NCBI GenBank assembly: GCA_963720885.1 | Contig: CAVRGW010000006.1 | Coordinates: 942,561 to 1,006,560 of the forward strand | Direction of reading: 5' to 3' | Length of the DNA: 64,000 nt | From: an uncultured Actinomycetes bacterium | GTDB lineage: Bacteria > Actinomycetota > Thermoleophilia > Gaiellales > JAICJC01 | In this document: positions 37,186 through 47,132 of the stretch, piece after piece | Layout: the number at the start of each line of letters is the position of its first letter | Position numbering within the stretch: position 1 is the first letter of the stretch | Position numbers and translations under genes: made by a program | Notes under the pieces: generated by a model | What the model was told of the DNA's origin: nothing | Seen by the model: only the letters and a program-made list of their open reading frames with translations | Database searches by the model: none

Positions 37186-37587
37186 CTAGCCGGCCAGCGC
37201 CCGCTGCTTGAGCTTGTCGAACTCGGCCTGGTCGATCGCGCCGCTGTCGAGCAGTTGCTTCGCGCGCTCGATGTCCGCCACGGCCCCACCGCCGCCACTA
37301 GCGCCGGCGGTCGTTCGGACGTACTCGTCCATCTGCTCCCGTTGCGCCTTCGCGCGCTCGAGGTTGCGCTGGGTCATCCCGTCGTTCTGGGTGACCACGT
37401 ACACGAACACCCCGAGGAACGGCACGACGAGCGTGAAGATCAGCCAGCCGGCCTTGCCCCATCCGGACAGGTCGCGGCGGCGGAAGAGATCTCCCCAGAT
37501 GCTGAACAGCAGCCAGAACCATGCGACCCAGAGGAAGAACACCAGCATCGTCCACACCACGTCGAGAAACGGATAGTCAGCCAGCAT
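37186..37587 (-). CDS. PLDc_N-like membrane domain fused to SHOCT domain
   Basis: Two TM helices, WGKAGWLIFTLVVPFLGVFVY, and the C-terminal KQLLDSGAIDQAEFDKLKQRAL SHOCT motif. Confidence 0.75.
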   Translation of the reverse strand: MLADYPFLDVVWTMLVFFLWVAWFWLLFSIWGDLFRRRDLSGWGKAGWLIFTLVVPFLGVFVYVVTQNDGMTQRNLERAKAQREQMDEYVRTTAGASGGGGAVADIERAKQLLDSGAIDQAEFDKLKQRALAG

Positions 37588-37662
37588 GGTTCCTCCGATC
37601 GGGGATGAACGGTCGAGGCGAGGGTCGACCGGCCAGGAGCATAGAGCCCTCCTCGGAGGTCG

Positions 37663-40417
37663 TCATCCCGCCGCCCTCCGGGTCTCGAGCAGTGAGGGCT
37701 CGGGAGCGCTGCGGCGGCGCAGCCACTTGCCGGTCTCGATGACCAGCGGCAGCAGCGCGGCCAGTCCCACGCAGGCAAGCCATTCATGGCCGGTCAGCGA
37801 CGTCGTCAGCAGCCCACTCTGGAAGCCGGGCAGCTCGGTCGCCAGCACCAGCATCGCCAGCGGGAAGAGCGAGATCGCGAGCGCCTTCAGGAGCGGCGCG
37901 TCGAGGCCGCTCGCCGGGTCGCGCCGGTTGGTGAGCGCGTTGAAGATGGTGCCCAGCCCCATCACGACGAACGTCATCGTCAGCGATGCGGAGGCGACAT
38001 CGGTGCGCGGTTCGTCGGGACCGACCTCCAGCGGGATCAGCGCCGCGACGAACAGGGTGGCGGCGTAGACGGCCCACAGGGTGATCGCCTGCCGGTTGGT
38101 GATCGGCAGGCCGGGGTCGCGCGGCGGGCGGTGCATCACGTCCGGAGCGCCGGGATCGACGGCGATCACCACCACCCCCGATGCGGTCATGAAGACGAGC
38201 AGATACAGCACCATCAGCGGGGTCAACGCGACGCCGTGGTTGATGTTGAAGGCGCTGGCCGCGAGGAACAGGAACACCAGCGCGAGCAGCTGGGTCATCT
38301 GGTAGCGGACGTAGGACACGACCTTCTCGTAGACCTTGCGGCCGATCTCGACGGCATGCACCAGCGTGCCGAAATTGTCGTCGGTCAGGATCATGCGGCC
38401 GGCCTGCTTGGTCACCTCGCTGCCGCTACCCATCGCAACCCCGATGTCGGCCTGCTTGAGCGCCGCTGCGTCGTTGACCGCGTCGCCGGTCATCGCGACG
38501 ATCAGACCCTGTTCCTGCATCAGCCGGGCCAGCCGCAGCTTGTCCTGGGGTGTGACGCGGCCGAACACGTGCAGCTCGGGCAGGCGCCGTACGACCTCGT
38601 CGTCGGAGAGCGCCTGCAGCTCGGCGCCGCTGATCGCACCGGGGCCGAGGCCGAGGGTCTCGCCGATTGCGCGAGCGGTGACTGCGTGGTCGCCGGTGAT
38701 CATGCGGACGTCGATGCCGGCGCCCAGCGCCGTCTGCACCGCCGACCTGGCCTCCGCGCGAAGCGGGTCGATGATGCCCACCATTGCCACGAAGGACAAC
38801 CCCTGGGTGAGCGACATCGGATCGTCCGTCATTGCCTGCTGCTCGTCATCGGCCACCAACCGGGCGGCGAACGCGAGCACCCGCAGACCCTGCTCGCCCA
38901 TCCGCGCATTCGCCGCCTCGATGTCGGCGCGGGTCTGATCGATCGGGTCCTGCGAGCCGCTGAGCGGGCCGCCCGACATGCTGCACCGCGCCAGCACGAC
39001 GTCGGGAGCGCCCTTGACCAGCTCGATCACGTGCTCCGCGCCGTCCAGCGTGACGCGATGAAACGTCGCCATGAACTTGTAGTCGGAGTCGAACGGCACC
39101 TCGGCGAGCCGCGGATAGGCGCGGCGCGTCTGCTCCGTGTCCACGCCCAGCTTGGCCGCCAGCACGACCAGGGCGGCCTCGGTCGGATCACCGACCACCG
39201 TGCCGTCGGCGCCGACGGTGGCGTCGCTGTCGAGCGCCAGCCCCAGGCCGAGCCTCGTGAAGTCCGGCACCGGCCGCGCCGGCGATCCCGGTGATCGCAC
39301 CGGTCTTGCGATAGCCCACGCCCTCGACGGTGAACCAGTCGCCGGCCGCGTAGATCACCGACACCATCATCTCGTTCATCGTCAGGGTGCCCGTCTTGTC
39401 GGTGTTGATCGCGCTGGTCGCGCCCAGCGTCTCCACGTCGGTCAGGTTCTTGACCACCGCGCGTGCGTCGGCCAGCTGCTTGGCACCCATCGAGAGCAGC
39501 CCCGAGACGAACGCGGGCATGCCGGTCGGGATCGCCGAGATCGCCATCGCCGTGCCAAGCAGCAGCACGTCGCTGAAGTCCTCTCCGCGGGCAACGCCGA
39601 CGATCACGATGAAGGCGACCGCGCCCCAGGCGATGATGCCGAGCACCTTCGTCAGCGAGCCAAGCTCCTTCTGCAGCGGCGAGCGGGTGCGGCTGATGGA
39701 CGAGAGCATCGTTGCGATCTGCCCCATCTCCGTCTGCATTCCGGTGGCGGTCACCACCATCGCTCCCGAGCCCCGCGTCACCGCGGTGTTCTGGAACAGC
39801 ATGTTCGAGCGATCGCCGAGCGCCGCCTCGGCGTCCGGCAGGGCCGCCGCTGCCTTGCCGATGGGGGCGCTCTCCCCGGTCAGGGCTGCCTCCTGCGTCT
39901 CCAGGGTCGCCGAGCGGACGATCCGTCCGTCCGCAGGGACGATGTCCCCGGCCTCGACGTGGACGATGTCGCCAAGCACCACGTCCAGCGCCGGCACGAG
40001 GGCGAGGGAGCCGTCCCGCACCACCCGTGCCTGCGGCACCTGCATGCTGGCCAGCGCATCGATGCTGGCCCGCGCCTTCAACTCCTGACGCGACCCGAGC
40101 ACAACATTCAGCAGGATCAGCAGGGCGACGATTATTCCGGTCGACACCTGACCTATGACAACGCTGACAACTGTGACTGCGATCAGCATGATGTTCATCG
40201 GGTCGCGCAGCTGGGCGAGCGCAACCGCCCACACCGAGGGCGGATCCTCCCCGGTGATCTGGTTGGGCCCCATTCGAGCGAGCCGCTCGGCCGCTTCGGC
40301 GCTGGTCAGGCCGGTGTCGACATCCGAGCCCGCCGAGGCGACGACCTCCAGCGCCTCGCGCGTGTAGGGCGGGACGGCGTCGGCCGCGACCGCCGAGGTG
40401 TCCGGAACATCCGTCAT
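37663..40417 (-). CDS. P-type cation-transporting ATPase (type II, Ca2+/Mg2+-like), frame change near 39268-39272
   Basis: ORF 39188..40417 holds the N-terminus with DKTGTLT. ORF 37663..39300 holds DPTEAAL, TGDHAVTA and TGDAVNDAAALKQADIG. The parts join at ...AGAAG|VPDFTRLG. Confidence 0.85.
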
Positions 40418-40486
40418 CGCGTCGGCCGACTCATGATCCGTTCATCGCCAACAGGTCGGCTGCGGAGTATTCCATACGCGGCACGG

Positions 40487-41755
40487 TCATCTCCGTGCCG
40501 AGTGTCGCCAGCGCTGGTGCGCGGCGGGCACCGCCTCCATCGTCGGCTTCGCGTCATTCGGATGCCGCCCGAACCAGGCGGAGTAGCGGGCGGTCAGCGC
40601 CTTTGAGGTCAGCCCGTGTGCGAACACCGACAGCACCACAGTGAAGACGACGACGACCGTGATGGCGTGGACGTGCGGCACCGCCGAGTCCTCGAGCACG
40701 ATGACGGTGAAGACGATCGAGGCCAGGCCGCGCGGCCCGAACCAGCCCAGGAACGCCACGGTGGGAAGGCGGGCGCGGGTGCCCACGAGCGCAACGGCGA
40801 CGGGCAGCATCCGCACCGCCGTCAGGCTGAGCACCCCGTACACGACCGACGACCAGGTCAGGTCACCCAGCACCGGTCCCACCACGGCCGCGCCGAAGAC
40901 GACGAAAGTGGCGGCGCTCGCGATCCCCCCGAGCTCCTCAGTGAGCGCGATGTCCTCGCCAGGCCGGCGCAGCGTTCCGTAGGTGAGGCCGGCGACGAAC
41001 GCAGCGATGAACCCGCTTCCCCCGGGTGGCGTGGCCAGTCCGTACGAGATGGCTGCGATCCCCACGGGCACCGCGGGCAGCCACACCTGCTCGGCGAGGT
41101 GGTGACGCTTCACGTACCGCAGCAGCAGGCCGCCGATCGCTCCGGCCAGGACCCCGAACGCGACACCGTACCCGATCGCCTCGCAGACCACCCTGATCGC
41201 GGTCGGCGTGGACTCGACACCGGCCTCGGTGCCGGCCACGCCGATCGCGATGAACAGCAGCGGCACACAGAGCCCGTCGTTCAGGCCGGACTCGACGTTC
41301 AGCCCCTGACGGATCCGCGAGGGGAGCCGCTCGTCGCTGACCACCGACTGACCGAGGGCCGCGTCGGTCGGCGCCAGGATGACGGCGAGCACAAGCGCCT
41401 CCGCGACGCTGAAGCTTGAGAAGCCGACCACCGCGAGTGCCCACCCGGCGATGATCGTCAGCGGAAGCCCGATTCCCAGCAGACGCAGTGGGACTGCGTA
41501 TTCGTGGCGCAGCGCGGTCATATCGATGCGCGCGGCGTCGGTGAACAGCACGAGGGTCAGCGTCACCTCGGCCAGTAGCCTCACCGGTTCGCTCTCTCCA
41601 CCGAGGTGGATCCAGTCGAGAGCGGAGCTGCCGAGCACGAACCCGCACGCGACGAATACGATCGGAGCTGTCAGCGGGGTGGTCTGGAGGGGGCGCGAGA
41701 ACGCCGCATAACCGACGATCACGACTGCGATCACCGCGAGATCCCAGCCGTTCAC
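40487..41755 (-). CDS. Cation:proton antiporter (Na+/H+ exchanger, CPA1-like)
   Basis: About 12 TM helices. LAEVTLTLVLFTDAARID and GLNDG motifs. Confidence 0.85.
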   Translation of the reverse strand: MNGWDLAVIAVVIVGYAAFSRPLQTTPLTAPIVFVACGFVLGSSALDWIHLGGESEPVRLLAEVTLTLVLFTDAARIDMTALRHEYAVPLRLLGIGLPLTIIAGWALAVVGFSSFSVAEALVLAVILAPTDAALGQSVVSDERLPSRIRQGLNVESGLNDGLCVPLLFIAIGVAGTEAGVESTPTAIRVVCEAIGYGVAFGVLAGAIGGLLLRYVKRHHLAEQVWLPAVPVGIAAISYGLATPPGGSGFIAAFVAGLTYGTLRRPGEDIALTEELGGIASAATFVVFGAAVVGPVLGDLTWSSVVYGVLSLTAVRMLPVAVALVGTRARLPTVAFLGWFGPRGLASIVFTVIVLEDSAVPHVHAITVVVVFTVVLSVFAHGLTSKALTARYSAWFGRHPNDAKPTMEAVPAAHQRWRHSARR

Positions 41756-41832
41756 CCGGGCATCTCCTCTGCTTCAACCCCGCCGTCGTGGTGGGGTCAG
41801 GCCGACAAGTATGTCATTGCCGGGTCGCCCTG

Positions 41833-42234
41833 CTACCGAACGATGGCGTAGGCGAGCAGCGCCAGCACCGCCGCCCAGGCGACGATCAGCCGGGCTGAGC
41901 GCGCCACCCAGCGGCCGGTGTGGTAGCGGACGAGCTGGCCGCCGAGGCTGACCGCCGTCCCACTGCTGAGAGCGGCCAGTGAGGCCTGGGGGAGGTCGCT
42001 GACCGCCCGGACTTGCCACGTCCGGATCATCTGGTCGGCTTCGCGACGGGCGGCCACGCGGTAGAACGGCAGCCGCCGGCGCCGGTCGACCCAGAAGCCG
42101 AGCGCCTCCATCGTCTCCGACGGGTCGGTGCGCACGGGATCGCGCCGCGCCTGCTGCGCTTCGCGGAGGACCGGCACGACAACCGCGGCGATGCCGATCA
42201 GCCGATATCCGACCTTGACGTAGGTGGTGACCAC
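41833..42234 (-). CDS. Hypothetical membrane protein
   Basis: ORF with N- and C-terminal hydrophobic helices. No motif recognised. Confidence 0.45.
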   Translation of the reverse strand: MVTTYVKVGYRLIGIAAVVVPVLREAQQARRDPVRTDPSETMEALGFWVDRRRRLPFYRVAARREADQMIRTWQVRAVSDLPQASLAALSSGTAVSLGGQLVRYHTGRWVARSARLIVAWAAVLALLAYAIVR

Positions 42235-42265
42235 ACCGGAACGGTAGCGCGGCGTTCTCCGAGGC

Positions 42266-42679
42266 TCAGTGGACGATCAAGACGTCGCACGTCGCGTGCG
42301 CCGCGACCGAGCTCGAGACGCTCTGCCCGAGCAGGCGCGGGATCACCCCGAGTTCCCGGCTACCCACCACGATCAGATCTGCCCCGGCCTCGTTGGCGGC
42401 ATGGACGATCGTCTCGGCGGGATGGCCGATCGCGGGAACCAGCTTCACCGACAGCCCTGCTGCCTTCGCCTTCTCGGCGGCCGTCTGCAGCTGGTCGCGG
42501 TGCTGCTGCGGGGTGTCCGTGGGGTCGATCGGCCCGGCGCTGCGCCCAGAGCTGATCGCGACCGGCGCCACGCTTGCGACCACGATCTCGGCGCCGAGTG
42601 CCTTCGCGAGCTCGATTGAGCGATCCAGCGCGCGCTGGGCCTGCTCACTGTCGTCGTAGCCCACGAGAATCGTCTGCAT
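42266..42679 (-). CDS. Universal stress protein family
   Basis: MQTILVGYDDSEQAQRAL...ADLIVVGSRELG...GSVSSSVAAHATCDVLIVH. GAGGAG lies 6 nt upstream of the ATG. Confidence 0.88.
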   Translation of the reverse strand: MQTILVGYDDSEQAQRALDRSIELAKALGAEIVVASVAPVAISSGRSAGPIDPTDTPQQHRDQLQTAAEKAKAAGLSVKLVPAIGHPAETIVHAANEAGADLIVVGSRELGVIPRLLGQSVSSSVAAHATCDVLIVH

Positions 42680-42811
42680 AGCCAACTCCTCTGTTGTCGC
42701 GGCGTGCGAACCACCGGCGATTCTCCTCCCTCGGCCGCCGGCTCGCAAGTGGGTCGCACCGCGGTACGTGCTATGGCTTCGGTGCGCGCCGGATCAGCGA
42801 AGGAGGACTCC

Positions 42812-43447
42812 ATGGAACCTGCGAGCACGTATCCGCTCAACCTGTCGGTCGACTATCCCGACAGAGACCTCAACCGGCTGACGACGGCTTTTCGCGTGAT
42901 CGTCGCCATCCCGATCCTGGTGGTGATCGGCTCGGTGGCGGGCGAGAGCTGGAGCTGGCAGAGCGCGGGTGGCGGCCGCGGCGCTGCGGCAGGCGCCGGC
43001 GGGCTGCTGTTCTTCGGGCCGCTGCTGATGATCGTCTTCCGGCAGAAGTACCCGCGGTGGTGGTTCGACTGGAACCTGGAGCTGCTGCGGTTCATCGACC
43101 GCGTCGCCGTCTACATGCTGCTGATGGACGATCGCTACCCGTCCACGGACGAGCGCCAGTCGGTCAACCTGGAGATCGCCTACCCGGAGGTGCGCACCGA
43201 GCTCAACCGCTGGTTGCCGCTGGTCAAGTGGCTGCTCGCGATCCCGCACTACATCGTGCTGTTCTTCCTTGGCATCGCGGCGTTCTTCGTGGTCGTGTTC
43301 GCGTGGTTCGCGGTGCTCTTCACCGGCCATTACCCGCGCGGGGCGTTCGAGTTCGTCGAGGGCGTCATCCGCTGGCACAACCGCGTCACCGGCTACGCGC
43401 TGATCCTGACCACCGACCGCTACCCGCCGTTCCGTCTGGCGGCGTGA
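42812..43447 (+). CDS. DUF4389-like membrane protein
   Basis: AAGGAGG lies 5 nt upstream of the ATG. RLTTAFRVIVAIPILVV...YPRWWFDW...AIPHYIVLFFL...FTGHYPRG...YPPF pattern. Confidence 0.75.
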   Translation: MEPASTYPLNLSVDYPDRDLNRLTTAFRVIVAIPILVVIGSVAGESWSWQSAGGGRGAAAGAGGLLFFGPLLMIVFRQKYPRWWFDWNLELLRFIDRVAVYMLLMDDRYPSTDERQSVNLEIAYPEVRTELNRWLPLVKWLLAIPHYIVLFFLGIAAFFVVVFAWFAVLFTGHYPRGAFEFVEGVIRWHNRVTGYALILTTDRYPPFRLAA

Positions 43448-43451
43448 CACC

Positions 43452-44414
43452 GTGCGCGCCGCCGTCCTCGAGCGTCCCCGGGAGCTCGCCGTCCGCTCCG
43501 TGCCCGACCCGGAGCCGGGCGAGGGCCAGCTGCTGATCGAGGTCGCGGCCTGCGGCGTCTGTCGCACCGACCTGCAGATCACGAGCGGCGACCTGCAGAT
43601 GCGGCGCTCGCCGGTGATCATCGGGCACCAGGTGGTCGGGCGGGTCGCCGGCACCGGCGAGCGGGTGGGCCTGGCGTGGCTGGCCGGCGCATGCGGTCGC
43701 TGCCGCTATTGCCTGAGCGGCCGCGAGAACCTCTGCGAGCTGGCCGAGTTCACGGGGTGGACGGTCGACGGCGGCTACGCCGAGCGTGTCGTTGCCCGCT
43801 CCGACTACGTCTATCCCCTTCCCGACGGCCTGAGCGACGTCCAGGCTGCGCCGCTGCTGTGCGCTGGGATCATCGGCTACCGCTCGCTGCGGATCAGCGG
43901 CATCGCCCCGGGCCAGGTGCTGGGCCTGTTCGGGTTCGGCTCCTCGGCGCACCTGGCGATCCAGGTGGCTCGCCACTGGGGCTGCCCGGTCGCGGTGTTC
44001 GCGCGGTCGGAGGCGGAGCGGCAGCTGGGGATGCGGCTGGGCGCCTCGTGGGCCGGCGGCTACGACGACGTGCCGCCGGTGCCGCTCGACGCGGCCGTCA
44101 CCTTCGCGCCGGTCGGGTCGGTGGTGGTCGCCGCGCTGGCGGCCACGGCGCCGGGCGGCACGGTGGCGATCAACGCCATCCACCTGGATCGCATGCCGGA
44201 GTTCTCCTATGACCTGCTGTGGAAGGAGCGGAGCCTGCGCTCGGTGGCGAACTTCACCCGCCGGGATGCGCGCGAGTTCCTCGAGCTCGCCGCCGCAATC
44301 CCCATCCAGGCCGAGACCACCGTCTTCTCGCTGGACGATGCGCCCGAGGCGCTGGCGCGGCTCGAGGAAGGCGCGATCCGCGGCTCGGCTGTGCTCGACA
44401 TCGCCGGGAGCTAG
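43452..44414 (+). CDS. Zinc-dependent alcohol dehydrogenase family protein
   Basis: ACGVCRTDL catalytic Zn site. GACGRCRYCLSGRENLC structural Zn site. GFGSSAHLAIQVA nucleotide loop. Confidence 0.9.
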   Translation: MRAAVLERPRELAVRSVPDPEPGEGQLLIEVAACGVCRTDLQITSGDLQMRRSPVIIGHQVVGRVAGTGERVGLAWLAGACGRCRYCLSGRENLCELAEFTGWTVDGGYAERVVARSDYVYPLPDGLSDVQAAPLLCAGIIGYRSLRISGIAPGQVLGLFGFGSSAHLAIQVARHWGCPVAVFARSEAERQLGMRLGASWAGGYDDVPPVPLDAAVTFAPVGSVVVAALAATAPGGTVAINAIHLDRMPEFSYDLLWKERSLRSVANFTRRDAREFLELAAAIPIQAETTVFSLDDAPEALARLEEGAIRGSAVLDIAGS

Positions 44415-44415
44415 G
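44410..44415. repeat. Target-site duplication GCTAGG (left)
   Basis: The same hexamer directly flanks the other IS end at 45441-45446. Confidence 0.8.
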
Positions 44416-45343
44416 TGTTTGTCCCAGATAGGTCGTTGACGCGCTGAAGTGGCGTCCGCCCGCCGAGGGCGCGGTGTGGTCGGTTGCGAGTGTAGGTGTC
44501 GATTGCGTCTGGTAGGGCGTGTGCGCGGTCGTGCTCTGTCGGGTAGGGCCTGGCGTATGCCCAGCGTTCAAGCATGGTGCGGATGAAACGTTCGGCCTTG
44601 CCGTTTGTCTGGGGCCGGTAGGGTCGTGTCCGTTTGGCCGTGATCTGGTGCTGCTGGCAGGCGTCTTGCCAGCGTCGTTTGAAGCAGGTGCCGTTGTCGG
44701 TGAGGACGCGCTCGATGCTGATGCCGTGCTCCTGGTAGAACCGCTGGCATGCCTCCAAGAAGCTGATCGCCGAGGCGTTGGTCTCGTCCGGATGAAGCTC
44801 GGCGTAGGCCAGCCGAGTGGCGTCGTCGACGGCAACGAACAGGTACTGCCAGCCGGCTTTGCCCTGCGCGCGTTGGCGACGGTCTCCGGTCACCCGATGC
44901 CCGGGCCGGATGATCCGGCCAAGCTTCTTTGCGTCGATGTGCACCAGCTCGCCAGGCCGGTCACGCTGGTAGCGGACAATCTCCTCCGGCCTGGGCCGCG
45001 CCACCAGCCGGGAGCAGCCATGACGGCGCAGGATGGCGTGCACGGTCGAGGCCGGCACGCCGGTCGCCCAACCGACCATGTGCGGCCCCTCCCGAAGCTC
45101 AGCCCGCGCCCGCAGCACCGCCTGCTCGACCGCGTCAGACATCCGACGCGGCGAGCAGTGGGGCCGCGACGAGCGATCCTCCAGCCCTTCACCGCGACGC
45201 GCCCGACCGACCCACTTCGACGCCGTCTGACGAGAACACCCAACGATCACGGCGGCCGCCGTGATCGTCACCCCACCAGCCACCAAGCCAACCAACCGCC
45301 GACGCTGACGCCGACTCAACACGGCACTACCATGCAAATCCAT
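44411..45343 (-). CDS. IS481-family transposase (HTH + DDE integrase core)
   Basis: GELVHIDAKKLG...WQYLFVAVDDATR...VLTDNGTCF...RPYRPQTNGKAERF is the classic rve/IS481 catalytic pattern. The ORF runs through the IR and stops in the flanking CTAG. Confidence 0.93.
   Translation of the reverse strand: MDLHGSAVLSRRQRRRLVGLVAGGVTITAAAVIVGCSRQTASKWVGRARRGEGLEDRSSRPHCSPRRMSDAVEQAVLRARAELREGPHMVGWATGVPASTVHAILRRHGCSRLVARPRPEEIVRYQRDRPGELVHIDAKKLGRIIRPGHRVTGDRRQRAQGKAGWQYLFVAVDDATRLAYAELHPDETNASAISFLEACQRFYQEHGISIERVLTDNGTCFKRRWQDACQQHQITAKRTRPYRPQTNGKAERFIRTMLERWAYARPYPTEHDRAHALPDAIDTYTRNRPHRALGGRTPLQRVNDLSGTNT
44416..44457. repeat. IS481-family left inverted repeat
   Basis: TGTTTGTCCCAGATAGGTCGTTGACGCGCTGAAGTGGCGTCC aligns with the reverse complement of the right end, TGTAGTTCCCGGACACGTTGTTGACGGTCTGAAGTCGTAACGTCC, at about 31/40 matches. 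Confidence 0.75.
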
Positions 45344-45395
45344 CGAGCCCTCCCGGATCGCTGCCTTCGACAGCCGCGACCCTAGGAGGGCTCGT

Positions 45396-45440
45396 GGACG
45401 TTACGACTTCAGACCGTCAACAACGTGTCCGGGAACTACA
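45396..45440. repeat. IS481-family right inverted repeat
   Basis: See the left inverted repeat. It ends ...GGGAACTACA immediately before GCTAGG. Confidence 0.75.
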
Positions 45441-45446
45441 GCTAGG
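45441..45446. repeat. Target-site duplication GCTAGG (right)
   Basis: Identical to 44410-44415. Confidence 0.8.
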
Positions 45447-46707
45447 ACACCAGGCTCGCGGCCAGGCCGACGGCCGCGCAGGCGACGACCGTCGTGACCA
45501 CGCCGACGCGGAAGCGCCAGACCCCGGCGAATGCGATCGCGGCCGTCGCGATCACCAGCCAGTCGGGGTTGCCGTCGGGCACGGCGGCGTGGTCTGCGAC
45601 GAAGACGGCCAGGGCGGCGATCACGCCGACCACGGCGATCGTGACGCCGTTCAGCGCGTTGGCGAACGACCCGGTGTGGCGGACGCGGTCGATGATCGGC
45701 GCGCCGGTGATGATGAAGACGAAGCAGGGGACGAAGGTGCACAGAGTGACGATCGCCGCGCCGGCCAGGCCCCAGGCGAGGCCGCCCTCCACGTTGTAGG
45801 CGGCGACGAAGCCGACGAACGTGTTCACCATGATCAGCGGCCCCGGCGTCGACTCGCCGAGCGCCAGCCCGGCGACCATGTCGTGCGCGGTCAGCCAGCC
45901 GTAGTGGTTGACCGCGGCGCTGGCGACGAACGGCAGGACGGCGTAGGCGCCGCCGAAGGTGATCAGGGCGGCGACAGTGAAGAAGCCCGTGAGCTGGGCC
46001 ACGAAGCCGCCGGCCAGGAGCAGCAGGCCGACGGGGACGAGCCAGATCAGCAGCGCCTTCACGACCCGCCGGCGGAGGCCGGTCTGCGGGACGGCCGTCT
46101 CGTCGTCGTCGTCCGCGTCGCCGTGGCCCGCAGAGCGGCCCAGCAGCGCCGGATTTCGGCGCCCGGCCAGGTACCCGGCCAGCGCCGCCAGCACCAGGAT
46201 CACCGGGAACGGCAGCCCGGCGACGATCAGGACGAACGACAGCGCAGCCATCGCGACGGCGGCTGTGGTGTGGATCACGCGGCCTCCGACGCGGAGCACC
46301 GCCGCTGCGACCAGTGCGATCACCGCGGCGCCGAGACCGCGCACCACGCCGGCGACGGACGCCACCTCGCCGTACTCGACGTACACGGCGCTCATCGCAC
46401 ACAGCAGCACGAAGGCCGGGGCCACGAACAGCCCGCCGGCGGTGATCGCGCCGCGCACGCCGTACAGCGAGTAGCCGACGTACGACGCCAGCTGCTGCGC
46501 CTCCGGGCCGGGCAGCGCCATACAGAAGTTCAGCGCGTGCAGGAACCGCCGCTCCGAGATCCAGCGCCGGCGCTCGACCAGCTCGTCATGCATGATCGCG
46601 ATCTGCCCCGCGGGGCCGCCGAAGCTGATGCAGCCGAGCTTCAACCAGAACCAGAACGCCTCGGATTCGCTCGGCCGGTCTCCGGTGGTCGCGGGCTGCT
46701 CGCTCAC
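45442..46707 (-). CDS. chrA: Chromate ion transporter (CHR family)
   Basis: FWFWLKLGCISFGGPAGQIAIMHDELVERRRWISERRFLHALNFCMALPGPEAQQLA and a duplicated CHR domain. GTG 46707 was chosen within ORF 45442..46920. Confidence 0.88.
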   Translation of the reverse strand: MSEQPATTGDRPSESEAFWFWLKLGCISFGGPAGQIAIMHDELVERRRWISERRFLHALNFCMALPGPEAQQLASYVGYSLYGVRGAITAGGLFVAPAFVLLCAMSAVYVEYGEVASVAGVVRGLGAAVIALVAAAVLRVGGRVIHTTAAVAMAALSFVLIVAGLPFPVILVLAALAGYLAGRRNPALLGRSAGHGDADDDDETAVPQTGLRRRVVKALLIWLVPVGLLLLAGGFVAQLTGFFTVAALITFGGAYAVLPFVASAAVNHYGWLTAHDMVAGLALGESTPGPLIMVNTFVGFVAAYNVEGGLAWGLAGAAIVTLCTFVPCFVFIITGAPIIDRVRHTGSFANALNGVTIAVVGVIAALAVFVADHAAVPDGNPDWLVIATAAIAFAGVWRFRVGVVTTVVACAAVGLAASLVS

Positions 46708-46794
46708 GGCGCGAACTATCTCGCACCCGGTGGCTGCAGGGTGCTTGCGACGAGTGATACGTTCTCGTCCCCGAAACCGAGCAGGAGGGTTCCC

Positions 46795-47082
46795 ATGACA
46801 GTGGCACGAGTCGTGACGTTCGACGGGGTCTCCAGCGAGCGCATGGAGCAGATGCGGGCTGAGATGGCTGACCAGGAGCGGCCCGACGACGTCCCGGCGA
46901 CCGAGATCGTCGTCCTCCATGACCCCGACGCCGAGAAGTCGGTCGTGATGCTGTTCTTCGACACCGAGGAGGACTACGCGCGGGGTGACGCAGCGCTCAA
47001 CGCGATGCCGGCCGGCGACACGCCGGGCAGCCGCACGTCAGTCGGCAAGTACAACGTCGAAATGCGGATGACGACGGTCTGA
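46795..47082 (+). CDS. Hypothetical 95-aa protein (possibly dimeric alpha+beta barrel-like)
   Basis: AGGAGGG lies 4 nt upstream of ATG 46795. It is the tail of the long shadow ORF 45394..47082. Balanced acidic composition. Confidence 0.6.
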   Translation: MTVARVVTFDGVSSERMEQMRAEMADQERPDDVPATEIVVLHDPDAEKSVVMLFFDTEEDYARGDAALNAMPAGDTPGSRTSVGKYNVEMRMTTV

Positions 47083-47093
47083 CCGCCGCCGAG

Positions 47094-47120
47094 CGGGGCG
47101 CCGGTCAAGCCGGCGCCCCG
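47094..47120. terminator. GC-rich hairpin between convergent genes
   Basis: CGGGGCGCCGG-TCAAG-CCGGCGCCCCG, an 11-bp perfect stem, 12 nt after the stop at 47082. Confidence 0.4.
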
Positions 47121-47132
47121 ACGACGGAGGTG

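Larger units (their letters stand above)
44416..45440 (-). mobile_element. IS481-family insertion sequence (about 1025 bp)
   Basis: Single DDE transposase ORF. Imperfect terminal inverted repeats of about 42-45 bp starting TGT. 6-bp direct repeat with a CTAG core on both sides. Confidence 0.88.

Noticed and set aside
40418-40486. Possible Mg2+ (M-box) or other riboswitch upstream of the P-type ATPase.
   Set aside because: Only 69 nt separate it from the antiporter stop, too short for the known riboswitch classes. The two genes are more likely co-transcribed.
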